The notes under the pieces were generated by a model that ran no database searches, had not been told where the DNA came from, and worked only from the letters and a program-made list of their open reading frames with translations. The translations under genes and the position numbers were made by a program. A DNA stretch of 64,000 bases from contig CAXXTH010000023.1 in NCBI GenBank assembly GCA_963668025.2, positions 160,001-224,000 on the forward strand. Direction: 5' to 3'. The stretch comes from Candidatus Hydrogenedentota bacterium (lineage in GTDB: Bacteria; Hydrogenedentota; Hydrogenedentia; Hydrogenedentales; SLHB01). This document shows positions 49,607 through 58,499 of this stretch, in pieces (positions within the stretch are counted from its first letter, which is position 1; the number at the start of each line of letters is the position of its first letter).

Positions 49607-50631
49607 GCCATTGACTCCAGCTCCGCCGCCAGGCGCGGAGCGGCTGTATCGAGGGCGTATGCTTGCTCCACGGTGGCCCTCGCCGCTTCGCCCATGCGGG
49701 CGCGCACGCATGGATCGCGCAGCAATTCAATGGCGTCACGCCACTGGCCCGGCGAATCCGCGAACAAGCCGTTTTCACCATGCCGGATGATATCGAGAAC
49801 CGCGCCAAACGGCGTGGCGATGCACGGTACGCCGCACGCCATGTATTGCAGCGCTTTCAAGGCGCATTTACCCCGCGACCATTCGGTCTTTGGCAGCGGC
49901 ATAAGCCCCACGGAGAATTGTTGCACGTCCGCCACCTCGGTATCCAGCGACCAGTCCCGCACCTCCGCCTCTGGCCAAGGTGCGCGCCACGGGTCCGCAC
50001 CGATGAGCGTCACCGACACCCCTTCCAGACGCGCCAAATCGAGCCCGATAGCGTCCAGGGCTGGCGTGGTGCTTGGGCCGCCGATCCACCCAAGGCGGTA
50101 AGTATCTGGCGCAGGCGCAGGATGAAAACGTGCCGTGTCCACTACTGTCGGGAATACGGAGGCTTTGCCGCCAAGCCGCTCCGCTTCCGCCGCCAGCCAA
50201 GTATTGCCCGCCAACACCTTATCGGCAAGCGGAATCAGGCGGCGCACCTGCTGACGATCCTCCATGCATCGCCACACGCCCCGCAACGAATGGGGCGGCG
50301 ATAGATGCACCGCATCATCAAAGTCATACACGAGTCGGCGCGCGCAACAACGCAGCAGCCCCAGCATGCCCCGGAGATATGCGGAGAGTATGGCCTTTTG
50401 CACGAACACGATGTCGTAGCGGCGGGACTGGAGAAGCTGCTTGAGCCGCCGGGGCGTCTCCGCCGCATGGTACCAAAACGGCCGGCCGCCGGCCGCATAC
50501 TCATCAGGAGTCACGGCGCACGCCACCGCGCAATCCATGCCCCGCTGGCGCAAATACGGCAGGAATTGATGCACGCGATACCGCGGGCTGGCGGCTTGTT
50601 CAGGATATGGCGTTAAAAACAACACGCGCAT
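49603..50631 (-). CDS. Glycosyltransferase family 4
   Basis: ASPRYRV, YDFDDA, GWIG and GKCALKALQYMACGVP. Confidence 0.9.
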   Translation of the reverse strand: MRVLFLTPYPEQAASPRYRVHQFLPYLRQRGMDCAVACAVTPDEYAAGGRPFWYHAAETPRRLKQLLQSRRYDIVFVQKAILSAYLRGMLGLLRCCARRLVYDFDDAVHLSPPHSLRGVWRCMEDRQQVRRLIPLADKVLAGNTWLAAEAERLGGKASVFPTVVDTARFHPAPAPDTYRLGWIGGPSTTPALDAIGLDLARLEGVSVTLIGADPWRAPWPEAEVRDWSLDTEVADVQQFSVGLMPLPKTEWSRGKCALKALQYMACGVPCIATPFGAVLDIIRHGENGLFADSPGQWRDAIELLRDPCVRARMGEAARATVEQAYALDTAAPRLAAELESMA

Positions 50632-50786
50632 GTAAATAAATCCACCTAAACTGAGAAACGTTATGACTGGCTTACAAGCCATTGCAACACAAGGCTTGGC
50701 GCATGTTCAATCTAAAAACTGCTTGTTTTTACCAGCCGAATCAAATCAGCAAAATCGACACTCATCATAACACCCAAAATCGGATA

Positions 50787-50815
50787 TTGTAATCAGGGCG
50801 TTCGTTTGTTATACT
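50787..50815 (+). promoter_or_regulatory. Sigma70-type promoter of rpsT
   Basis: TTGTAA-17 nt-TATACT with an extended TGn. Confidence 0.6.
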
Positions 50816-50861
50816 TTGTCCCCTGTATGCGGAAAAATCTAAACCACTTGGAGAAGTAGGA

Positions 50862-51122
50862 ATGGCTCACACAAAGTCGGCGCTGAAACGCATCCGCCAG
50901 AGCGAGCGGAATCACCAGCGCAATATGGCCGTGAAGGCCCGCATGAAAACCTATATGAAAAAGGCCCTCGAAGCCCTCGATGCGAAAGATGCCGAGCAGG
51001 TGAAGGCTGTATTGCCTGAAGCGTTAAGCGAAATCGATCGGGCGGCGTCCAAAGGCGTCATTCACGCGAATAGCGCGGCGCGCAAGAAATCGACGCTCCA
51101 GCGCCTCGCGGCCTCTCTGTAA
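50862..51122 (+). CDS. rpsT: 30S ribosomal protein S20
   Basis: MAHTKSALKRIRQSE..IDRAASKGVIHANSAARKKS. Confidence 0.97.
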   Translation: MAHTKSALKRIRQSERNHQRNMAVKARMKTYMKKALEALDAKDAEQVKAVLPEALSEIDRAASKGVIHANSAARKKSTLQRLAASL

Positions 51123-51144
51123 CAAAGCGAGAACGAACACCTGC

Positions 51145-51184
51145 ACCGCCGTGGCGGACATTCCATCCGCCATGGCGGTTTTTG
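51145..51184 (+). terminator. Intrinsic terminator after rpsT
   Basis: CCGCCGTGGCGGA-loop-TCCGCCATGGCGG-TTTTT. Confidence 0.85.
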
Positions 51185-51194
51185 TGTGCCTAAA

Positions 51195-51347
51195 GCGGTT
51201 CAAGATTGTATCTAGCGAGACAGCACCCAAACTCCAAGTCGATTTTGAATAGTGTGGCATGGGCGTCCCGCCCATGTACATGGCCGAGACGGCCATGCCA
51301 CGGGAAATGAGAATCCATTCGCTTTGCTACATCCAATCTTGAGCCAC
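51195..51347 (-). mobile_element. MITE-like element with 14-bp imperfect terminal IRs and an internal GTGGCATGG double palindrome
   Basis: GCGGTTCAAGATTG / CAATCTTGAGCCAC (12 of 14 match); second diverged copy at 2278. Confidence 0.6.
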
Positions 51348-51355
51348 CCAAAAGC

Positions 51356-51796
51356 CTAAGCGTTATTGTGGGCTTTTTCTTCCGCTTTGATGGCGTTCCA
51401 GCGTGCGATGGCTTCCTCCGGCGAAGCCGCTTTTTCATCGCCAAAGACATGCGCATGGCGGCGGATCATTTTCGCATGCGCCCGTTCGAGCGCTTCGAGG
51501 GGGCTGAATAGGCCTTCTTGTTCCGCCGCAACCGCTGCGGCTAACAACACAAAGAAGGTGTCGCCCCATTCCTCGGCGGCATGGCTGGCGCTGCTTTGCG
51601 TGAAGGCCTCATCCATCTCTTGCGCTTCCTCCCATGCAAAATGGGCGAAATTCCGCGCGGTCTGTTGTTGATCCCAGGGGCATCCTGAGGGCCCCCGCAA
51701 ATAGCGGGCAAGGCTTAAAAGCGCCTCGAACCAGTCGGATTCCGTCTCGGGATGTTTATGCCAGTGGGGGTAGAGAGGGGAGCCGGGCGATTGCAT
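51356..51796 (-). CDS. Single-domain MazG-like nucleotide pyrophosphohydrolase
   Basis: LRGPSGCPWDQQQT, EEAQE, EEWGD, KMIRRHAHVFG and WNAIKAEEK. Confidence 0.88.
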   Translation of the reverse strand: MQSPGSPLYPHWHKHPETESDWFEALLSLARYLRGPSGCPWDQQQTARNFAHFAWEEAQEMDEAFTQSSASHAAEEWGDTFFVLLAAAVAAEQEGLFSPLEALERAHAKMIRRHAHVFGDEKAASPEEAIARWNAIKAEEKAHNNA

Positions 51797-51908
51797 AATC
51801 GATACCTTCCGTTGCGCACTGCACACTTCAGCGTGAAATGGCGTCATCCACTCAAGCTTTAACGCATGCTGCCGATATGATATACTGAGTAATTATAGGA
51901 AAGGCTGC

Positions 51909-52121
51909 ATGATGACAATCCAGTGTTGTAAATGCAAACGGCTGCAAACAGAGCATGGCTGGCTCGAAGCGCCTCAGGCGCTCACTGGGCCCATTTCCCA
52001 TACCTATTGCCCCGATTGCTTTACCGAAACACGGATCGAGCATTTCTCCGAAATCGCGAGCCGTTCCGCACATGAATCCGCAGGCGCCGTGGCCATGCTG
52101 CTGGCGCTATCCACTCCTTAG
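51909..52121 (+). CDS. Small CxxC..CxxC (probable zinc-binding) protein
   Basis: CCKCKR and ISHTYCPDC; AGGAAAGG SD; TGATATACT extended -10 at 51878-51886. Confidence 0.6.
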   Translation: MMTIQCCKCKRLQTEHGWLEAPQALTGPISHTYCPDCFTETRIEHFSEIASRSAHESAGAVAMLLALSTP

Positions 52122-52940
52122 TTATAGTTTGTCCAGATAGTCCACCCCGCCCAAATTCCGCATTTGCCGGACAATCCACGCTTGGCGCTGGCGTAGAAAT
52201 GAGGTAGGCCGCAAGGGCGAATACCGGCGTGGGCTAGGCAACACCGCGGCAAGCAAGGCTGCTTGCTGTTCATTCAGCCCCCGGGCTTCTTTATGAAAGT
52301 AAGTCTGTGCGGCGGCCTCGAGTCCGTAAATGCCAGGGCCGAATTCCACTACGTTGGCGTAGACCTCAAGAATGCGCCGCTTTCCCCATAGCGCCTCCAC
52401 CAACACCGTGAAGTAGGCCTCCAGCCCCTTGCGCAGCCAGGAACGACCCGGCCAAAGAAACACATTTTTCGCCGTTTGCTGAGAGAGGGTGCTTCCGCCG
52501 CGCAGGCGTTCTCCATCTTTGTGTTCTTGGATGGCTTTGCGGATTGCCGCCGCATCAAAACCATAATGCTCGGGGAAACGCTGGTCTTCGGCGGCGATGA
52601 TCGCCAGCAAGGCTTTGGGCGGCAAGGCCTCGTACGAACGCCAATGCTTAATCATGCGCGCCTTGCCCTCCTCCGCCCCCACATAATTGATAAGCATGAT
52701 GGGGGTGATCGGCGGATTCACGAACCGGTACATGGCCGCCAACATGACCGTAGTTAGCACGAATGCGCCCGCGCCCACCATGGCCCATTTCACGACGCGG
52801 CGCAGCCATCCCCGCACGGAACGGCCGGTGCGCCGCGGCGCGGCCTTCGCCTTCCGCACCCGGCGCGGTTTCGCGGTTTTTGGAGAACGCCCCTGAACGG
52901 CGGCGTCTTCAGGAGCGGAGGAGTCCTTTGCCTTCTTCAT
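52122..52940 (-). CDS. mtgA: Monofunctional peptidoglycan transglycosylase
   Basis: AAEDQRF, RGGSTLSQQTAKNVFLW, RKGLE and KRRILEVY; start uncertain. Confidence 0.93.
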   Translation of the reverse strand: MKKAKDSSAPEDAAVQGRSPKTAKPRRVRKAKAAPRRTGRSVRGWLRRVVKWAMVGAGAFVLTTVMLAAMYRFVNPPITPIMLINYVGAEEGKARMIKHWRSYEALPPKALLAIIAAEDQRFPEHYGFDAAAIRKAIQEHKDGERLRGGSTLSQQTAKNVFLWPGRSWLRKGLEAYFTVLVEALWGKRRILEVYANVVEFGPGIYGLEAAAQTYFHKEARGLNEQQAALLAAVLPSPRRYSPLRPTSFLRQRQAWIVRQMRNLGGVDYLDKL

Positions 52941-53328
52941 TGAGGAGTGTTTCGAGGTCATCGATTCCCTTGCGCGCCAAAATGCCGTTTAGTTCATCAA
53001 TCGAGACGCCCAGGCGCGCCTGGAGGATCTCTTCGATGACCTGGCTCGACACGGGCCGCTCATTTACCAGTTGGATGAGGTGAAGCAATGTGGTGACGGG
53101 ATTCGTCAAGTAGCGCAAATCCAGTTGATCGCGGTTAGTCGCAATGGCTCTCGCCATAAAATGCACCGCCGAGCGGACCAGATCCGCCCGCCGGAGGGGC
53201 ACTCCAAGCGTGGTGCGCACTTCTTCGCAAAGCTGGTCCAACAGCTCCGCCTCCTCGCGTGGCAAAAAAATCGCGGTGCGCCCCCATATGCGTTCATTCG
53301 GTGAAGCCGTTTTTGGGTCATTGTCCAT
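52909..53328 (-). CDS. Hypothetical protein, possibly with a ribbon-helix-helix N-domain
   Basis: RTAIFLP.E..ELLD.L..RRADLVRSAV pattern; fills the gap between DUF456 and mtgA on the same strand. Confidence 0.6.
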   Translation of the reverse strand: MDNDPKTASPNERIWGRTAIFLPREEAELLDQLCEEVRTTLGVPLRRADLVRSAVHFMARAIATNRDQLDLRYLTNPVTTLLHLIQLVNERPVSSQVIEEILQARLGVSIDELNGILARKGIDDLETLLNEEGKGLLRS

Positions 53329-53358
53329 CAGGGACGCCTTTCGCACGCGATTCCGCCA

Positions 53359-53877
53359 TTAAAACGTGAACGCCGCCACCGCCAGCATGGCCAGGCCCGC
53401 CATCAATTTGGCCAGCAACCCAGCCACCCGGCCCAGCGCCGCGCCAAAACCAGTCCAGAACGCCTGCTGCGCCGTGCGCTCCCGCTGCACATATTCATAC
53501 AATGCCGCCGCCGCGAATGCCCCCAGGCACGCCCCTATCAGCGTGCCCACCACGGGAATCGGAATCAACGGCGTGCCGAGAATCGCGCCTGCCAGGCACC
53601 CTGCGATGGCCGAGATGCCGCTGCCTTTGCCCCCGCCGAATTTCGACGCGCCATACCCCGCCGCCACCGCCTCGAGCACTTCGCCTAAAACCGCAAGCAC
53701 GAGCATGATGGCCAAGCCGGTGAGGCTGAACCGTTCCATACCGGTCACGCCCCAGGCGATGGCGGTTGACCCCAAGATAATCCAATTGCCAAACAAGCCC
53801 ACCGCATCCAGGAGCAGCCCCGCCAAAATGGCGGCGGCGAACGTGCCCCATCCCAAAATCGCTAAAATCCATTCCAT
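53359..53877 (-). CDS. DUF456-family membrane protein
   Basis: Gly-rich TM helices; GASKFGGGK..GAILG..PIPVVGTLIGACLGAF...E. Confidence 0.85.
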   Translation of the reverse strand: MEWILAILGWGTFAAAILAGLLLDAVGLFGNWIILGSTAIAWGVTGMERFSLTGLAIMLVLAVLGEVLEAVAAGYGASKFGGGKGSGISAIAGCLAGAILGTPLIPIPVVGTLIGACLGAFAAAALYEYVQRERTAQQAFWTGFGAALGRVAGLLAKLMAGLAMLAVAAFTF

Positions 53878-54093
53878 CACAAGCCATACTCCAGAGGCGC
53901 AATCCGAACCAGCCACCATTCATAGCAGAACCGCCCATGCCAGGTCCAGGAACGTGAATTGCCCTAATCGTAAAATGAGAGAGGTCAAACCTATGCCCAT
54001 CCATCAGACCGCAGAAGCTTTCTACCGTTTTTGTTCTCTTTCACATATTGTGCCGCCATTTTTTACTTTGGCTTACCTGCTCCATTTTTGGCC

Positions 54094-54433
54094 TCTTCGT
54101 CAGAATTTGTGGGTGGATAGAGTTTCCGTACCGGAAAACCAAAGACGGGAAGGCAGCCGGGTGGGTGAAACATGGGCATATGCATTTGTCTTTTTTCACC
54201 ACGGGGACACGGGGAAGCACGGGGAACGCATACTATACCCCATGGCATTCAGCATTATAGTCGTTGCAGTTTACCCAGAATGTTAAGTCCTATTTCTTGG
54301 ACATTTGTTTCGTGAACGCCTTTCGTTCCCCGTGGCTCCCCGTGTCCCCGTGGTGAAAAAAGCTTCTTTGAACAGGATTGCCACTGCCACATGTTATTCC
54401 CAGTTCTCAAACACCCACAAATTCTCACGAAGA
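54094..54433. repeat. Nested inverted repeats (fold-back)
   Basis: Outer arms 54094-54115 and 54412-54433 (1 mismatch); inner arms 54191-54228 and 54324-54361 (2 mismatches). Confidence 0.8.
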
Positions 54434-54560
54434 CTCCAAATAAAATGTTCGCCAGATTGACGCGCTTTCCCGGTGGCGTATAGAGTAATCGCCAGCGGAA
54501 GTATGCGCCGCCATGGGGCGGACGCGGTCCTCCGGGGGAAACAGGCGGGAAACTGATCAC

Positions 54561-56009
54561 GTGCTTTTTAATTCACTGCACTTCGTCATCTTCTTCCCAT
54601 GCGTCGTGGCGCTGTATTTCGCCTGCCCCCAACGCTTTCGCTGGATGCTTCTGCTGGCGGCAAGCTATTACTTTTATATGTGCTGGAAGGCCGAATACCT
54701 CCTGCTCATCATCGCCTCGACGGTTATCGACTACATCGCAGCCCTGTTACTCGACCGCACCAAAACGCAACAGGCCCGCAATACCTTGATGGGCGCCAGC
54801 CTCGCCGTCAATCTCGGGCTCCTCTTCGCCTTCAAATATTTCAATTTCTTCAGCGATTCCGCCCGCGCCGTCCTCACTCATTTCAACGTGTTCTATGACA
54901 TGCCCACGTTCCATGTCCTGTTGCCCGTGGGCATATCGTTCTACACCTTCCAAACCTTGAGCTACACCATCGACGTCTATAAGCGCGAGCGCCCGCCCGA
55001 GCGGCACCTGGGCTACTTCGCCCTCTACGTGGCCTTTTTCCCGCAACTCGTGGCCGGGCCCATCGAGCGTAGCGAACGCCTGTTGCCCCAGTTTCACGAA
55101 CGTCACCGTTTCGACCTCGATAAAGCCGCCGACGGCGTCCGCATCATGCTGTGGGGATTTTTCAAGAAAATCGTCATCGCGGACCGGCTGGCCATCTTCG
55201 TCAACGAAGTGTTCAACCATCCCGGGGCCTACCACGGCGGGGCGACGTGGCTCGCGGCGTATTTCTTCTCGTTTCAGATCTATTGCGACTTCTCGGGTTA
55301 TTCCGACATCGCCATCGGCTCCGCCCAAATCATGGGCTACCGGCTCATGGACAACTTCAAGCAGCCCTACTTCGCCGAGAACATCGGTGATTTCTGGCAG
55401 CGCTGGCACGTCTCCCTGTCCACATGGTTCCGTGACTACCTCTACATCCCCCTCGGCGGCAACCGCGTATCGAAACGCCGCTGGCACATCAATATTCTCA
55501 CGACCTTCGTCGTGAGCGGGCTGTGGCACGGGGCCAACTGGACCTTTGTTATTTGGGGAGCCCTCCACGGGCTCTACTACGTCGTAGCGCGCTGGACAGC
55601 CCCGGCCCGTGCGCGGGCCTGCGCCGCCGTGGGGCTCGGCCGCGCGCCGTGCCTCCACCGCGCCCTGCGCATCCTCATCATCTTCCACCTCGTAACCTTC
55701 GCGTATATCTTCTTCCGCGCCAATCACCTGCAAGACGCCGTCCATTTCATCGCCGCCCTATTCACCCCAGCGCCTGGCCAAGGCCTGCGCGTGATCCTGA
55801 CGCCCACCGATTTCACCATCGCCCTCGCCTCGGTGGCCTTCATGCTCGGAGTCGAATGGTTCTGGCCCCAGCAAGACCCCGCCCACGGCCGCAGTCCCCT
55901 GGCCGACCGCCCCCCCTGGACCCGGCGCGGATTCTACTACGCCGTCGCCATGTCCATCCTCATCTTCGGCAAATTCGGAAACAATGCGTTTATTTATTTT
56001 CAGTTTTGA
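54561..56009 (+). CDS. MBOAT family O-acyltransferase (AlgI/DltB-like)
   Basis: MLFNSLHF, LPVGISFYTFQ, FFPQLVAGPIER, DFSGYSD, FWQRWHVSLS, SGLWHGANWTF and FIYFQF end. Confidence 0.95.
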   Translation: MLFNSLHFVIFFPCVVALYFACPQRFRWMLLLAASYYFYMCWKAEYLLLIIASTVIDYIAALLLDRTKTQQARNTLMGASLAVNLGLLFAFKYFNFFSDSARAVLTHFNVFYDMPTFHVLLPVGISFYTFQTLSYTIDVYKRERPPERHLGYFALYVAFFPQLVAGPIERSERLLPQFHERHRFDLDKAADGVRIMLWGFFKKIVIADRLAIFVNEVFNHPGAYHGGATWLAAYFFSFQIYCDFSGYSDIAIGSAQIMGYRLMDNFKQPYFAENIGDFWQRWHVSLSTWFRDYLYIPLGGNRVSKRRWHINILTTFVVSGLWHGANWTFVIWGALHGLYYVVARWTAPARARACAAVGLGRAPCLHRALRILIIFHLVTFAYIFFRANHLQDAVHFIAALFTPAPGQGLRVILTPTDFTIALASVAFMLGVEWFWPQQDPAHGRSPLADRPPWTRRGFYYAVAMSILIFGKFGNNAFIYFQF

Positions 56010-56213
56010 GAAGGATTGAGTCCACGGATGCATGCAGATGGGCGTAGACGATGGTGATAAAGCTATCACTTATAGGTGGCGATTGTGCACACTCGCACCT
56101 TAATCTCCGGAGTTTCTACCACGAGCACGAAGGACACGAAGAATTTGACCATCTCATCCCGAAACGACTGTAGCATCGGGCGGTAGAGTATCCGCCTTGT
56201 CCATATGCTCTGT

Positions 56214-57233
56214 TCAACAGTCCTTCTTTATCGCTCGGAGTCTAGTCATGACGGTATCGCCATATGGAGTTAGCGTCCAGTAAGTCTCAGTGTCTTTGAT
56301 GCTTCTGTTACGCGAACTCTGGGTTATCAAACCTAAAGCACGCAATTGAACCTTGACTGTTTGGAAATCTTCATTCAAAACCATGAGGCTATTGGATTCG
56401 ATATATGTATACTCCCGTCTGTTCTTTTCGCTTCGAATACATCTTACTATGTAACCATTTAATGATGACAGGAACTTGTTATCAGAGGCCTCATCAATCA
56501 TGATTGGAGATATTGAAGAGAATACATCGTTCCATTTTGTTACTACACTATCATAACAGTTACCCGGTTCGGCAAAATCTGGGTATTCAAAATGTAAAGT
56601 AAACGATGCGTCACCTTGAGCCAACGATTCCGTGCCCTCTGGAGCTTTGATACGTACCTGTTCCAGTTTTGAACGAAGCATCTCATTCTCATTTTTCAAC
56701 TTTAGCATTTCCTCTGCTATGTTTTGTTGAGGAACAAGATCTCCCTTTACCCATCCAGGTGATGGATGGTCCTTAATCAGCCGAACCAGACTTCGGCTAA
56801 CTTGGCTTCCCAGATCAGCAGGAGAATCCCAGAAACGGCACAACTTTTTCTGAACAAACGCTCGCAGAGCGACCAGTTTCTCCTTGTCTTCAGTTGTTCC
56901 CTCACAACGGTTGGCGGGAAGATTCCCAGGATCCTTATGGAGAAAGCCGATAATTGGCTTTCCTTTTTCTAGCGCATATCGGTATTCCATTTCTGTATAG
57001 CCTATGCCTTCGGGTCCAATTGATCCGTACCGTCCAGCCAGGATCACAATGTAGTAATCACAATCATCGATGACTTCCTTGATGAGCGTCCACTGATCAT
57101 CATTGGCCGCAGGAAACAACTCCATTCCCGCAGGGATACAGTCGAGTTCTAGTAACGCCTGCATGACTTCCTGGCGCTCTTCCTTCAAATCATCGTATGT
57201 TGAGCTAACGAAAACCTGATATCGAATATCCAT
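56214..57233 (-). CDS. DUF4062-domain protein (low GC)
   Basis: YQVFVSSTYDDLKEER, GMELF, GRYGS and YTEMEY; coiled coil; C-terminal YWTLTPYG wing-like motif. Confidence 0.9.
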   Translation of the reverse strand: MDIRYQVFVSSTYDDLKEERQEVMQALLELDCIPAGMELFPAANDDQWTLIKEVIDDCDYYIVILAGRYGSIGPEGIGYTEMEYRYALEKGKPIIGFLHKDPGNLPANRCEGTTEDKEKLVALRAFVQKKLCRFWDSPADLGSQVSRSLVRLIKDHPSPGWVKGDLVPQQNIAEEMLKLKNENEMLRSKLEQVRIKAPEGTESLAQGDASFTLHFEYPDFAEPGNCYDSVVTKWNDVFSSISPIMIDEASDNKFLSSLNGYIVRCIRSEKNRREYTYIESNSLMVLNEDFQTVKVQLRALGLITQSSRNRSIKDTETYWTLTPYGDTVMTRLRAIKKDC

Positions 57234-57536
57234 GGTACGATCTATTTCCCGCACTTAGCTATGTAGCGAATTTCAGCCTTTCCCGTTCCTGGCGCTCATC
57301 CAGACAGTAAACATGGCATGGTGTCCCGACTTTTCTATTTGTACGGTTATCTTATATGGACTACAGTCTGACCATCAAGAGAAATATACCCTCACTGGGA
57401 TCGATGAGGCATGGAGCTCTTGGCCGTTGTCATTGTTGTTCCATTACTTGCATGTAATCATGCTCTCGGAAAGCCGGCTCCACGATCAAATTCCTTCATG
57501 TTCTTCATGTATTTGGTGTATTTCGTGGTCTAAAAA

Positions 57537-57719
57537 TTACGCCTGCTCTTCCCGAAACACCTACCGCGCCGCTTCCAGGGTTTTGTCGAGTTCGGCGTTG
57601 CCGTGGGCGGCGCTCATGAAACAGGCCTCGAATTGGGACGGCGCGAAGTAGATACCCCGTTCGAGCATGCCGTGGAAGATCCGGGCGTACCGCTCCGTGT
57701 CCGATTGGGTCGCGTCAGC
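57537..57719 (-). pseudogene. hemL: 3' fragment of glutamate-1-semialdehyde aminotransferase
   Basis: Translates as [59 protein letters not shown]; the 5' part is absent and there is an internal TAG. Confidence 0.8.
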
Positions 57720-57968
57720 ACGCATAGAGGCATGTCAGTATTCTAACTATTTTTTTATTACTATGACACTCGAAGGTGTATACGGTGTCTCCAGAGATTT
57801 ATTTCCTGTATGTATACCTTGTTCGCTTTTCATAATAAATGAGCATGCAAACCGATGCCTTTTTGGTATTCTGCATTAATCAAAATGTTGTTTTCTTGTG
57901 AGGATTATCCTGAGAAACCGTTGCATATCAAATGATTATGCCGGGACTATATAGGTGTATCCATGAGC

Positions 57969-58063
57969 GGTGGGGCAAGCCCCACCCTACAAATTTTAGT
58001 GTATTTAGTGTATTTAGTGGTCTCAAAATCCGCCTCTTTGGTTGCGGCTATGCCGCGCCGGGC
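57969..58063 (+). repeat. Composite GTAG-type REP module overlapping the 3' end of yraN
   Basis: GGTGGGGCAAGCCCCACCCTAC..TTTAGTGTATTTAGTGTATTTAGTGGT..CTTTGGTTGCGGCTATGCCGCGC. Confidence 0.8.
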
Positions 58064-58499
58064 GCATTGGTGGTCGAAAAGAAAGCTTTTCCTGGAATGC
58101 GTCGCGGAAGAGCGTGATCTCCGGTTCGCCGGTTTCGGGGAATTCTATGCAGACCACGTCGTAGCGGTAATACGCATCAGGCTCGTCGTGGAGTGACAAA
58201 TAATGCCGGGCGGCGGCTTGGATGTGTCGGCGTTTTTGTGGGGTGAGATTGTCTTGCGGTTCGGCCATTTGTCCGGGGCGGCGGGTCTTGACCTCGATAA
58301 AGGCGATAGTGTCGCCTTCCCGCGCGATGATATCGAGCTCGTAGCGCCCGAATACGGCGTTGCGTTTGAGGATGGCGTAACCTTGCCGCTTGAGGTAGCG
58401 GGCGGCGCAATCTTCACCGAGGCGGCCCAAGGGGGCATTCAGGGCGCGCAGGCCGGCCCACCGCCGGAGGGCGTCCACCCAGGCGCGCCACGGGGCCAT
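58023..58499 (-). CDS. yraN: YraN/UPF0102 family nuclease-like protein
   Basis: LGRLGED.AARYL...GY.IL.RN, ELDIIA, FIEVKTR and YRYDVV. Confidence 0.9.
   Translation of the reverse strand: MAPWRAWVDALRRWAGLRALNAPLGRLGEDCAARYLKRQGYAILKRNAVFGRYELDIIAREGDTIAFIEVKTRRPGQMAEPQDNLTPQKRRHIQAAARHYLSLHDEPDAYYRYDVVCIEFPETGEPEITLFRDAFQEKLSFRPPMRPARHSRNQRGGF

Noticed and set aside
5117-58063. Repeats as a CRISPR array
   Set aside because: Copies are dispersed and diverged, there is no regular repeat-spacer run, and no cas genes are present.
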